Below, piece by piece: positions 38,390-48,277 of a stretch of 64,000 nucleotides of DNA. The translations under genes and the position numbers were made by a program. This DNA comes from an uncultured Poribacteria bacterium (lineage in GTDB: Bacteria > Poribacteria > WGA-4E > WGA-3G): positions 4,384,001 through 4,448,000 of the forward strand of contig CATQHZ020000001.1 of the NCBI GenBank assembly GCA_958296135.2, written 5' to 3'. How positions within the stretch are numbered: position 1 is the stretch's first letter; every line of letters starts with the position of its first letter. The notes beneath the pieces were generated by a model that saw nothing but the letters and a program-made list of their open reading frames with translations, did not search any database and was not told the DNA's origin.

Positions 38390-39229
38390 CTACCGCTTCT
38401 TGAGGTTACCCCACGTGGTAGCGAGTTTGCCCTGTGCTTCGACAGCAACAACCGCGCCACCCGCCAGGTCACGCACTTCATCTTCGCTTAAGGCACGGTC
38501 CCAGAAGTAAACCTCATCGATCATGCCATCAATCCAGATGTCGTTGCCTTCATCGCCGCCGCGGGCCCTGCCGACTCCGAGTTCAATCGGTTCGTTGGGG
38601 AACGCAAAAAGGGGCGGCGTAATTGCTCTCGGATGCTCTTGCCCACTTTCGGGGATGATAGTGTCCCCCCCGGTAGCCGAGGAAGTCACGTAGGCTTTCG
38701 CCTCGGTGCCATCGACGACATAGGCGACGTGCGCCCATTCTTCCGCCGCGTAAACCCCATCGGTGCGGAACCACCCTTCGGTGCCTTCCCAGCAGCTCCC
38801 CCAGGTTAGGTCGGTATCGCTGACGGTGCAGATGCGCACCATGAAATTCGCGCCCCATCCGACTTTTTCGCCCTTGAAAAGCACGCCGCCGTGGTCCCGG
38901 CCGCCGCCCTCGCGGATGTAAAGCCACAATGAGATGGAGAAAACCCCATCCTCTTTTTCAAGACTCGCGTCGGACGGAATTTCAACATATTGCCCGGTGT
39001 TCTCGCCAGTGGCGGGATTCTCCGGGTTTTCAAGGTTGAGTGCCATCCCGGACTGCCCAACTGCGACGCTGGCACCGTTCATTAACTCACCATCGTTACC
39101 GCCGATTGAATCGTTAGCGGTGCCGTCGTCAAAGTTCCATACAGAGACGAGGCCGTCTTCCAAAGCGGCGTAACTATTGACACTGAAAACCATGAGCGTT
39201 AAAAACGCAAACAGACATAATTGCTTCAT
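38390..39229 (-). CDS. LamG-like jellyroll protein with C-terminal GKLxTTW motif
   Basis: Signal peptide, WNFDDG, WAHVAYV, GMIDEVYFWDRALS, VEAQGKLATTWGNLK. Confidence 0.85.
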   Translation of the reverse strand: MKQLCLFAFLTLMVFSVNSYAALEDGLVSVWNFDDGTANDSIGGNDGELMNGASVAVGQSGMALNLENPENPATGENTGQYVEIPSDASLEKEDGVFSISLWLYIREGGGRDHGGVLFKGEKVGWGANFMVRICTVSDTDLTWGSCWEGTEGWFRTDGVYAAEEWAHVAYVVDGTEAKAYVTSSATGGDTIIPESGQEHPRAITPPLFAFPNEPIELGVGRARGGDEGNDIWIDGMIDEVYFWDRALSEDEVRDLAGGAVVAVEAQGKLATTWGNLKKR

Positions 39230-39394
39230 AATAGAAAACTGTTCCCCGAAACGCTGACATTCGCAGGGAAGTGTCAGGTTTCTAAGTTCCTGCTTCATCA
39301 CGATGTGCCTCCAAGTGAGGGCTTACCTTCGCTCCACAGGCGTTTAAGGTATTAACTCTCGGATACGAGAGGCGTGTATAACGGACGCGGAACG

Positions 39395-39458
39395 CTCCCG
39401 GAGGCGTGCTTTCAAAGCGCGCACCGTGTCACCAGCGCGGGTGAAAATCGCGCCTACC
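39395..39458. repeat. REP-like doublet, family C (GTAGGCGCG...CGCGC)
   Basis: Related copies at 33139-33177, 33663-33720, 40654-40679, 45049-45070, 45958-, 49661-49719, 62391-62443, 62758-. Confidence 0.7.
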
Positions 39459-39531
39459 GTGGCTGCGTCCGTCCTATCATTTTAACGTAGCGGGTTCGTG
39501 ATGCAATTTCACAAGCCCGTGTTGAATAAAT

Positions 39532-39559
39532 AGGAGGCGACGCTGCTCGCCGCCTCCTT
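39532..39559. terminator. Terminator-like hairpin after the LamG gene
   Basis: aggaggcg...cgcctcct stem; T-rich tail on minus strand. Confidence 0.5.
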
Positions 39560-39563
39560 GCAT

Positions 39564-40388
39564 TTAGCGGCGGTGGTAGGATTTCACCTTCCCCCATGTT
39601 GTCGCTAATTTCCCTTCGGCTTTGACGGCCAGAGCCCTGTCGGGGCGTTTGCCGTTCGCCAGGTCTTGCACCTCGTCCTCAGACAACGCCCGATCCCAGA
39701 TGATTATCTCGTCAATGAGGGCATCAAGGAAGGTATCGTTCCCAGCGTCGCCGCCAATTTGCCGGCCGGCACCGATTTCCAGGGGCCGATCCTCGAAAAG
39801 GTTGTAAGGTTCAGGAGCAACTTGCGGATTCGCTTGGCCGCTAGCGGGAATGTTGATTTTGCCGCCATCTTCCTGAACATAAGCGATAGCCTCTTCACCG
39901 TCCGCTGTCTGACAGACATGATACCACTCCTCGGCATCAATTACGCCATCAGTCCGCATCCAGTTTTCGTTACCGCCATTCGTTGTGCCGAAGGTCATGT
40001 CGGTATTATTAAGCGCGAGGAGCCGGAAGGTGAAATTCGCGCCCCATCCGACTTTTTCGCCTTTCCAAACGCCAGCGTGGTCCGCGCCGTTCCGGACGTA
40101 AAGCCAATACGATACGGTGTGCGGGCCTTCAATGGCCTTTTCAAGCCCGTTGTTGAAAGGCACCTCGGCACGCGTATCCTTACTGCCATCCACGTCTAAC
40201 GCCTTGCCAAACTTGCCTTTATCGACAATCTTCGCGGCTTTAAAGAGTTCACCGTGGGCATCCCCAACGGCATCGGTGACTTTTCCATCGTCAAAAGTCC
40301 ACGCGGCGATGACTCCATCGTTCAAGTCTGCCTGCACAGAACCGAGTGCCAGCGCAACGACGAAAAGGACTGAAATAAACAATTTCAT
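39564..40388 (-). CDS. LamG-like jellyroll protein with C-terminal GKLxTTW motif
   Basis: Paralogue of the neighbour (shared KGEKVGWGANF, RTDGV); IDEIIIWDRALS; VKAEGKLATTWGKVK. Confidence 0.85.
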   Translation of the reverse strand: MKLFISVLFVVALALGSVQADLNDGVIAAWTFDDGKVTDAVGDAHGELFKAAKIVDKGKFGKALDVDGSKDTRAEVPFNNGLEKAIEGPHTVSYWLYVRNGADHAGVWKGEKVGWGANFTFRLLALNNTDMTFGTTNGGNENWMRTDGVIDAEEWYHVCQTADGEEAIAYVQEDGGKINIPASGQANPQVAPEPYNLFEDRPLEIGAGRQIGGDAGNDTFLDALIDEIIIWDRALSEDEVQDLANGKRPDRALAVKAEGKLATTWGKVKSYHRR

Positions 40389-41068
40389 TTAAAAATTCCT
40401 CCTCTAGTTAAGAGAGTGGACAGAGGCACAAGCCCCGGCCCAATAATTTTTTAAGGGTGGTAGGCCCCGGACGAGACCTGGGGCAACGAAAATAGCCCGC
40501 GACGAAACACTCCGCCTGAAGCAGAGCGCGTGCGGGCACGAAGACAGACCAAGGGGGAACCCCGATGGTGCCTTGAAACGGATAGTGATTAACGAATGTG
40601 AATGATGGGGGGGGGTAATTCTGCCTAGCCGATTGTCAAAACAACCGACAGCACGTAGGCGCGCGAAGAGGCCGCGCGCAACGCCAACGCGATGCGCGTG
40701 AAAACTAATCGCTTTCTCCTCGCTGAAATTGATACGTGCGTTCTGCATGTCCATCACCCCATAGACATTAAGGACCTAACGGACCTTTATTGGAATAGGT
40801 TCTTTCGATATGTCGATAGATTTGGGAAACTACCCAGCTCCCCCATAGATAGGAATTATCGACGTAATTCCATCCGTGACATCAAATATACAAAAAATTT
40901 AAATTTTTGTCAACGTTTTTTGCAAAAATCTGATTTTTGAACAAGAGCTGTGAACGTTTGCTTTGACATCAATTCTGCAAATCCTGATTGGATTTCACTT
41001 GCCTTATATTTGCTATAATGCTAGACTAACAGCTAATAGAATTTCAGCGAAAAAAGAAGGATTTATTC

Positions 41069-43363
41069 GTGCAGATTCCCCAACAATACGCCATCAACCT
41101 AGTCGCGCTTTTTCGGCGCGCCGTTCGCCCATCTCTCATCGCGCTCACCTTATTCCTCACGTGGGGGTGCGATTCACAGGAGAGTCGGCGGAAACAGCCG
41201 CCGGCACCGAAGTCGGAAGTTGCCGAAGTGATGAGTCCCGTCGAATTTCCAAAACCTCGCGCTGTGGACTGGCACATGTTCATGCATGATTTAGACTTCT
41301 CCGGGATAAGCGCGGATAAGACGCTCACGCCGCCGCTCCAACTACTGTGGAAATTCAAAACCGGCGGCCCACTCCACGCCTCACCGGTGGTTGCAAACGG
41401 TGTGCTATACATCGGTTCAACCGATGGCAAGTTGTATGCGCTCAATGCCAAACGGTGGGACATCAAATGGGTTTTTAACGCAGGCAGTGCCATCCGATAT
41501 TCAGCCACGGTGTTAGGAGCCCGTGTCTATTTCAGCGCGAGGAATAATAAGGTTTACGCGCTCAATGCCGACACAGGCGAACCGGTGTGGGAGTTTAAAT
41601 CCAAGAGTTGGATGGACGCGCCGCCCATCGTGGTAGATGGGAAACTCTATATCGGCGCGTTTCCCTCAAAAATCTATCAATTGAACGCGATAACTGGAAA
41701 ACTTGAGGCGACGCGCGAACGCACTGTCCGAATCCGGGGGGTTGAATATGGGTGCGCCAACGGCGAATTCCGTCCGATCGCCCCGCACTACAACGCACCA
41801 CTGTGGCGAAAACAGACTGCAGGAAGCAACAGCTACCCTATTATCGCAAACGGGTTCGTCTATATCGGCGCGCGCGATGGACACATCCACGCGTTTGACG
41901 CGGCATCAAAACGTGAAACGTGGACATATCAGACGCGCGGTTTTATTGACGCAGCACCTGCTGTCTCTGACGGTATCCTCTACGCTGCCTCCGGCGATGG
42001 CACAGTCTACGCATTTAGCAACGTCTCAACAACTCCCGCAAGCAAACTTGCCAATGGCAAGGCACCCCCTACTCCCGCAGGCGCGCGTTCCAAGCGCGCA
42101 AAAGGAACCGTCACGCACGATAACGCCCCAGTCCACGCCGCTCGGAACGGACAAACCGAGAAACCGCTCCTCCACCTCAACGATGGCGTTGTCCTGCCGA
42201 TTGTGCAAACTGCCGACAGATGGTATGAGGTAGCACTGCCGAACGGCGAACTCGGTTGGATGGATACGTTCGCCTTCGGACAGTTTGAAGAGACAGAAGG
42301 CGTGCTGTTTAATACTAACTTCTGCGGAAAACCTCGGACACTACAATTGGTTGAAGGCGCAGAATACCCACGCTGGAGCCCAGATGGGGAACTCATCGCG
42401 ATGCTGAAAAGGACAGAACTCCGCGGGCGGTATTGGCAGGCAAGTGAACTGCTAATCATGGACAAAGCGACGGAACGAGCACGCAAACTCTATGCCGGGC
42501 CGATTTACAACCCGCATGTCTCCTGGTCCCTCGATAGTCGGCTTTTGGCATGTGAGGTTGATGAAAAGGGGGAACGTTACGTTTACACGATAGATTGGAA
42601 ACTCGGCCGGGTTAAGAAGTTAATTCAGGGCGATGGCCCCACCTGGTCGCCCACTTCAAACCGGCTCGTGTTTCGGCGGCGCGATAAGGGGATGGATGTC
42701 GTCTACCGCATCAACAGCGACGGGAGTGGGACGCAGGCGATTGCGCGGGTGCCGGTTGAACGCCGCAAGCAGTCTTACACCTACCTGCCCGCGCCGTCCT
42801 GGGCACCCGATGGGACGCGCGTGGCTTTCGGTGTCCACCACCAAAAATATGTCGGCATCCGCATCCAAGGTGTGGAAGGGAAACGTTTAAAGGAGATACC
42901 GACGCAGCATCAGCACGTCGCGCACCTCCACTGGGCGGCAGACGGAACGCAGCTCGCTTACGTGTTGTCAGGCAGCAACCGTCCGGGGCAACTCATTGAT
43001 AAGCAGCTCCACCTCGCCGATGCGATTTCTACGTCAACGCAGACGCAGATTCTCAAACATACGTCGCCAGCCTGGGCACCGGCAGGGAAGCAGTTGGCAT
43101 ATTTGGAACGCGAGGATTGCGAGGGGCTCCGCTGGAAAGTCTGGATTTACGACGTTGAGAGCGGGCGCAAATGCCCGATTGCACGGACGCAGCTGAAGGT
43201 AACATCAGTCGTCTGGATGCCGGACGGGGAACATCTCTGCTTGTGGCACACGTCGGATTACCTGCGCGATAACGCCTACAAACCCGCAATAACGAAGGGG
43301 TGGATTGTGCCTGTTAATATCCCTAAGATATTAACATCCAACAAACCTAAATCTGGCTTGTAA
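41069..43363 (+). CDS. Lipoprotein with PQQ-like propeller, SH3-like domain and TolB/PD40-like propeller
   Basis: TWGC lipobox, SPVVANGVLYIGSTDGKLYAL repeats, WYEV...GW, WSPDG/WAPDG repeats. Confidence 0.8.
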   Translation: MQIPQQYAINLVALFRRAVRPSLIALTLFLTWGCDSQESRRKQPPAPKSEVAEVMSPVEFPKPRAVDWHMFMHDLDFSGISADKTLTPPLQLLWKFKTGGPLHASPVVANGVLYIGSTDGKLYALNAKRWDIKWVFNAGSAIRYSATVLGARVYFSARNNKVYALNADTGEPVWEFKSKSWMDAPPIVVDGKLYIGAFPSKIYQLNAITGKLEATRERTVRIRGVEYGCANGEFRPIAPHYNAPLWRKQTAGSNSYPIIANGFVYIGARDGHIHAFDAASKRETWTYQTRGFIDAAPAVSDGILYAASGDGTVYAFSNVSTTPASKLANGKAPPTPAGARSKRAKGTVTHDNAPVHAARNGQTEKPLLHLNDGVVLPIVQTADRWYEVALPNGELGWMDTFAFGQFEETEGVLFNTNFCGKPRTLQLVEGAEYPRWSPDGELIAMLKRTELRGRYWQASELLIMDKATERARKLYAGPIYNPHVSWSLDSRLLACEVDEKGERYVYTIDWKLGRVKKLIQGDGPTWSPTSNRLVFRRRDKGMDVVYRINSDGSGTQAIARVPVERRKQSYTYLPAPSWAPDGTRVAFGVHHQKYVGIRIQGVEGKRLKEIPTQHQHVAHLHWAADGTQLAYVLSGSNRPGQLIDKQLHLADAISTSTQTQILKHTSPAWAPAGKQLAYLEREDCEGLRWKVWIYDVESGRKCPIARTQLKVTSVVWMPDGEHLCLWHTSDYLRDNAYKPAITKGWIVPVNIPKILTSNKPKSGL

Positions 43364-43488
43364 CACGCCTCATAACCCGTAGGGCGAGGGCCGTTACGCC
43401 GAAAGGTTGTTATCTCTGCAGCCTCGCTGCAGAGATGGCCACTGTCCCTCGCCGTGCCAACTGAAAAATTCGGATGGAGATGCCTAAC

Positions 43489-44928
43489 ATGAAACCGAAC
43501 ATACTCTGGATATGCAGCGACCAGGAGCGATTTGATACGCTCGGCTGTTATGGAAACCCGTTCGTGCAAACGCCAAATTTGGATACATTGGCAGCCGAAG
43601 GCGTGCTTTTTGAAAACGCTTACTCGCAAAGCCCAGTCTGCACGCCGAGCCGCGCCAGCTTCCTCACCGGCCGATACCCACGCACGACGCGATGCCGACA
43701 AAATGGACAGGCAATCCCACCCGATGAAAGGCTGGTAACAAAACTGCTCCACGACGCAGGATATGTGTGCGGATTGGCAGGTAAACTTCACCTCGCGCCA
43801 TGCAATCCGCGCGTCTGTAAAAGCACAGAAAAACGCATTGATGATGGCTACGCTCAGTTCTTCTGGTCGCACGACCCGAGCGATGTCTGGTCCGCGCACG
43901 ATTATACGCAGTGGCTGCAGGACAAAGGCCGCCGCCGAGGAAGCAAGCCGTTCGCCGATTCAGCATACGTCCAAGTGATTCCATCGGAGGAACACAGCCA
44001 GACGACGTGGAGTATTGAACGCGCGATGTCGTTCATCAGGAATGCCGAACGCTTTGAGCAACCGTGGCTTTTCTCGGTGAATATGTTCGATCCGCACCAT
44101 GCGTTCGACCCGCCAGTCGCCGCCCTGGAACGATACCGCGAGATGCTAGACGATATACCGCTCCCGAACTACGTTGAGGGAGAATTGCAAGATAAACCGA
44201 TCTGGCAGCAAATCGACCACGGTGGCGCGTACGGCAAAAAATCTGGGTATCCTTACACGGAAATGACGAAGACAGACCATCGTTGGGTACGCGCCGCATA
44301 CTGGGCAATGATTGACGTAATCGACGCGCAAGTCGGCAGACTGCTCAATTTCCTGGAGGAAATCGGGCAGAGAGAAAACACAATCGTTATCTTCATGTCC
44401 GACCACGGTGAAATGCTCGGCGACCACGGTATCTATCTGAAGGGCCCTTATTTCTACGAACCCGCCATCCGAGTGCCGCTGATTATCTCAGGACCAGGGA
44501 TGCTGAACAACGGTTCGCGTTCCAATGCACTCGTGGAATTAGTCGATCTGGCACCGACGCTGCTGGAGGCATCCGACATGGAACCTCACCCCGGCATGCA
44601 AGGACAGAGCCTCCTCCCGATGCTGAAAGGCGAAGCACCGTTGGATACGCACCGCGCCGATGTCTATTGTGAATACTATAACGCGATGGGATGGCACAGA
44701 GAACCCGTGGCGCACGCAACGATGGTGCGCAACAACCAGTACAAATTAGTCGCCGCGCACGGCACAAACAGCGGTGAACTCTACGATTTGGATGCAGATG
44801 CACAAGAGACACACAATCTCTGGCACGATGCAGATTACAGAAACGTTCGGATAGAAATGCAAGAGCGGCTCATCGACAGGATGGCTTGGACAGTAGACCC
44901 GCTGCCAGAACGCCAAGCACCGTGGTAG
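43489..44928 (+). CDS. Sulfatase (formylglycine-dependent)
   Basis: KPNILWICSDQ, CTPSRASFLTG, GKLH, DPH, SDHG, ELYDL. Confidence 0.93.
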   Translation: MKPNILWICSDQERFDTLGCYGNPFVQTPNLDTLAAEGVLFENAYSQSPVCTPSRASFLTGRYPRTTRCRQNGQAIPPDERLVTKLLHDAGYVCGLAGKLHLAPCNPRVCKSTEKRIDDGYAQFFWSHDPSDVWSAHDYTQWLQDKGRRRGSKPFADSAYVQVIPSEEHSQTTWSIERAMSFIRNAERFEQPWLFSVNMFDPHHAFDPPVAALERYREMLDDIPLPNYVEGELQDKPIWQQIDHGGAYGKKSGYPYTEMTKTDHRWVRAAYWAMIDVIDAQVGRLLNFLEEIGQRENTIVIFMSDHGEMLGDHGIYLKGPYFYEPAIRVPLIISGPGMLNNGSRSNALVELVDLAPTLLEASDMEPHPGMQGQSLLPMLKGEAPLDTHRADVYCEYYNAMGWHREPVAHATMVRNNQYKLVAAHGTNSGELYDLDADAQETHNLWHDADYRNVRIEMQERLIDRMAWTVDPLPERQAPW

Positions 44929-45029
44929 GTTTTTTGTCCCTCGCAAGGCGTTGTTCATCATCGCCCGGGATGATGAAGTTGCTTTAGCAGGCCGCATCGC
45001 CGTTGGCGATGCTTGCATGTGAGTAATCT

Positions 45030-45266
45030 TTAGGAGTAACACCTTTCGGTAGGCGCGCTTTGAAAACGCGTCCATTCTTTTCGGGAAAGCAACTCCTGAT
45101 TCGTCCGGAGGCTCGCCTCGTGGAATTGATAATCGTCCTTGCCGAGCCGGTAATAACACCGGAGGTGCCCGGTATCAACCGCCTGTTTGAGTGCCGCAGC
45201 GGAAATGCCGAGCATCAGCGCGGCTTCGGTGAGGTTATATTCAACGGTAAATGCACGTATTCGCAT
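45030..45266 (-). CDS. Small helix-turn-helix (excisionase/HTH_17-like) protein
   Basis: YNLTEAALMLGIS...LKQAVDTGHL..YRLG; RBS AAGGAG. Confidence 0.65.
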   Translation of the reverse strand: MRIRAFTVEYNLTEAALMLGISAAALKQAVDTGHLRCYYRLGKDDYQFHEASLRTNQELLSRKEWTRFQSAPTERCYS

Positions 45267-45388
45267 ACTATCTCCTTTTGCAAAAAATAACGCAAAAAGG
45301 AGACAGAGGGTTTCATATTAACACGTTACAAAAAATACGGAAGCACTTAGCAATAGCGGCGGACAGGCCCACGCACTACGGTTATCGT

Positions 45389-45958
45389 TTGTCGCTTTCA
45401 ATATGCCTGTTCTGCTGCATCGCGATTTGCCTGAATGCGGAGGCAGAAAATGTGTTGTCGCGCTGGGATAAGGCAATTTTTAACAGCATTTACGACGCGC
45501 CGCCACGTCGCGAACCGATGTGGACGTTAATGGAAGGCATTACCGAATTCGGACATTACCGCGCCGTGATGGGAGTCTCCATGCTGCTCATGGCGTATGG
45601 CAACGAATCGCATCGGCAGACCGGGAGACTGTTGTCCTCGGCGTTCTTGGCGACAGGAACGATTACCTATGGCATGAAACGGCTGATCGGACGAAAGCGG
45701 CCGCTTGATGAGACGTTAGGGAATCCCGCTTTGCCATCGGGACATACGTCGCTCGCGTTCACTTCCGCCACCATTTTAGGGTATCAGTATCCGCGGTGGC
45801 GGGTGCCGCTTTACGTTGGTGCGGGACTCGTGGGATTTTCGCGCATCTATTTAGGGCGGCATTACGCCTCAGATGTGGTAGTGGGCGCGGCGGTTGGCAC
45901 AGCGGTAGGCGTTTTCGTCTGGCATAAAGCACCGATGCTCTTGCGGTGGGAATTTTAG
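45389..45958 (+). CDS. PAP2 family phosphatase (start uncertain)
   Basis: K.LIGRKRP, PSGH, SRIYLGRHYASDV. Confidence 0.88.
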   Translation: MSLSICLFCCIAICLNAEAENVLSRWDKAIFNSIYDAPPRREPMWTLMEGITEFGHYRAVMGVSMLLMAYGNESHRQTGRLLSSAFLATGTITYGMKRLIGRKRPLDETLGNPALPSGHTSLAFTSATILGYQYPRWRVPLYVGAGLVGFSRIYLGRHYASDVVVGAAVGTAVGVFVWHKAPMLLRWEF

Positions 45959-46158
45959 GCGGCGCGGTTTCCAACCGAAGCGATAGCGAGGGGTCGGTGC
46001 AGTGGCACTTCGGTTTCAGCTGCACATGCCATTGAGGCCTGGAGGTAACCGAGTGCTTCCTCCCGGCAGTTCCCAAACCATTCGATGAGGACTTCTCGCC
46101 ATGTCCTCATTTTTCTCATCGGTGTGTCTCCTTTTTTGATTTGTGGAAAACATTCGCC

Positions 46159-47142
46159 TTAAATCTCATAACGCACTAACTTGCGCGCGGCTTCCACAAT
46201 CTGCGATGCATCCGGAATAACAAAGTTCTCCATGACAGGCGCGAACGGCACCGGCACCGGCGCAGCAGTGACACGCTCAATCGGTGCATCGAGGTAGTCA
46301 AACGCCTCTCGCACGACGAGGGCGGCAATCTCCGCGCCGAACCCTGCTCTACCAACCGCCTCATGCGCTATCAGCAACCGATTCGTCTTCTTGACAGAAT
46401 TGAAAATCGTCTCCTTGTCAAGAGGCATCAACGTCCTCGGATCGACCACTTCTGCAGAGATACCTTCGTCGGCGAGCACGTCTGCAGCAGCGAGTGCATG
46501 GAGCACCATCCGCGAGGTAGCAAGAATAGTGATGTCGTCACCCGCGCGTTTCACATCGGCGACACCCAACGGAATCGTATACTCCGCCTCAGGCAGGTCT
46601 CCCTGTTCGGTATAGAGGAGTTTATGCTCAATAAACATGACCGGGTTGTCGTCACGGATGGCTGTTTTCAACAAGCCTTTCGCATCGTAAGGCGTTGCAG
46701 GCATAACGACGAGGAGGCCGGGGATATGCACAAACCACGCCTCCAAACTTTGCGCATGTTGCGCCGCCGATGAGCGACCGGCACCGCCTTGCGTGCGAAT
46801 CACAAGAGGCACATCCAATTGCCCGCCAACCATATAACGGATTTTGGCCACCTGATTGACAATCTGATCCATGCCAACGGCAGTAAAGTCAATATACATC
46901 AATTCGGCAACCGGACGCATGCCAGTAACGGCAGCACCGAGCGCAGTGCCGATGATGGCGGCTTCAGAGATAGGCGTGTTGCGGACGCGCTCCTTGCCAA
47001 ATTGCTGGAAGAGGCCATCCGTAACCTTGTAGGCACCACCGTACTCGGCGATATCCTCTCCCATTAGAAAGACTGATTCGTCGCGGTGCATCTCCTCAAC
47101 GAGTGCTTCTTTGAGGGCATCGCGGTAGGTAATCGTTTTCAT
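46159..47142 (-). CDS. 2-oxoacid/acetoin dehydrogenase E1 beta subunit
   Basis: MGEDI..YGG.YKVT.GL, NTPISE, AQHAQSLE, D.RTL.PLD. Confidence 0.93.
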   Translation of the reverse strand: MKTITYRDALKEALVEEMHRDESVFLMGEDIAEYGGAYKVTDGLFQQFGKERVRNTPISEAAIIGTALGAAVTGMRPVAELMYIDFTAVGMDQIVNQVAKIRYMVGGQLDVPLVIRTQGGAGRSSAAQHAQSLEAWFVHIPGLLVVMPATPYDAKGLLKTAIRDDNPVMFIEHKLLYTEQGDLPEAEYTIPLGVADVKRAGDDITILATSRMVLHALAAADVLADEGISAEVVDPRTLMPLDKETIFNSVKKTNRLLIAHEAVGRAGFGAEIAALVVREAFDYLDAPIERVTAAPVPVPFAPVMENFVIPDASQIVEAARKLVRYEI

Positions 47143-47381
47143 TGTTCGGTTCCTGTTTCCTCGTGGGGCTCGTCAACCGGACGTGGCTGCAGTGTGACAT
47201 ATTTCCACCCCAACTTCTTCCACTTCGCCGATTGGGCCCGCAAATAGTCGCCGAATTCACGAGTCGTTTTGAATTCGGCACTGATTTCCCGTTTGATGCG
47301 ATAGCACTCTTCAAGAACGGGATTCGTGTAGGTGGCCGGATCGAAGTCAAGCTCCGAGGGCTTTCCTGGCGTTTCTTTCAT
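47139..47381 (-). CDS. Stand-alone copy of the C-terminal (putative antitoxin-like) domain of the upstream PIN gene
   Basis: 47153-47383 duplicates 47503-47733 with a few substitutions; stop overlaps the E1-beta start. Confidence 0.55.
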   Translation of the reverse strand: MKETPGKPSELDFDPATYTNPVLEECYRIKREISAEFKTTREFGDYLRAQSAKWKKLGWKYVTLQPRPVDEPHEETGTEQ

Positions 47382-47393
47382 GATAAATGCCTC

Positions 47394-47501
47394 ATGCACG
47401 GCGGTAATCATCCCGCCGTTGCTGGCAAGATCGATGCCGTTCAGCAGTAAGCCGCATCGGAGCGGCGTAAGCAATCGCGCGTCGTTCCCGCCTTTCAGTT
47501 T
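47394..47501 (-). repeat. 108-bp copy of the aminotransferase 3' region (48359-48466)
   Basis: Identical except one substitution (gtaatc vs gtagtc). Confidence 0.92.
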
Positions 47502-48226
47502 TCTGTTTCCTCGTGGGGCTCGTCAACCGGACGTGGCTGCAGTGTGACATATTTCCACCCCAACTTCTTCCACTTCGCCGATTGGGCCCGCAAATAGTCG
47601 CCGTACTCGTAAGCATCTTTAAATTCGGCACTGATTTCCCGTTTGATGCGATAGCACTCTTCAAGAACGGGATTCGTGTAGGTGGCCGGATCGAAGTCAA
47701 GCTCCGAGTGCTTCTCTGGCGTTTCTTTCATGACGAATTCCTCCATTAATTCCGAAGGTGTGCAGATGACGACAGGTCGAAAACCCGCTGCTAGACACAC
47801 CTCGTTAATAAGTTGCCGCTTGTCTGGCCTGACAAGATGCTTATGGTTCCACGAGACGAGGTATTCAACGCCATGAACCGCTGCAATGGCGATATGCTCC
47901 GCATCCGGACGCAAGTTTTGTGGGATTGCTCCTGCAGCTAGCAAGTTTTCACACAACGCATCCGCCACCGGTAACGTTTCCAATACTCTTACATCAGTTA
48001 ACGCTGCAACGCGTCGTTGAGCGGCAGCTGCATCGCCACGGCTCGCCTCGTTGAGAACAGCATCAGAAGTAACAAAGTCAAACCTATCTGCATATTCTGT
48101 CCAAAACCGCCGGGTTTCCCGTTGCCACGCCGCCATTTTTACATCGCGGGTTGCACGCGCGACGAGTTGGCTCACAACTGTCGTCTCAATATAGACTTGC
48201 GGATTGACATTGCTGTAGTGTATCAC
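47495..48226 (-). CDS. PIN-domain (VapC-like) protein fused to a small C-terminal domain
   Basis: VYIETTVVS, LNEASRGD, DAEHIAIA, LVSWNHKHL, ICTPSEL, then an ~80 aa extension. Confidence 0.8.
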   Translation of the reverse strand: MIHYSNVNPQVYIETTVVSQLVARATRDVKMAAWQRETRRFWTEYADRFDFVTSDAVLNEASRGDAAAAQRRVAALTDVRVLETLPVADALCENLLAAGAIPQNLRPDAEHIAIAAVHGVEYLVSWNHKHLVRPDKRQLINEVCLAAGFRPVVICTPSELMEEFVMKETPEKHSELDFDPATYTNPVLEECYRIKREISAEFKDAYEYGDYLRAQSAKWKKLGWKYVTLQPRPVDEPHEETEN

Positions 48227-48277
48227 AAAAATTCCTTTCTTGCAACAGAAAAGTGCGCGGCCGGCAATTCCGGACGG

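Noticed and set aside
47382-47474. Chimeric N-terminus (aminotransferase piece) on the ORF 47139-47474
   Set aside because: By-product of the duplicated fragment; ATG 47381 with an RBS-like GAGG is the more plausible start
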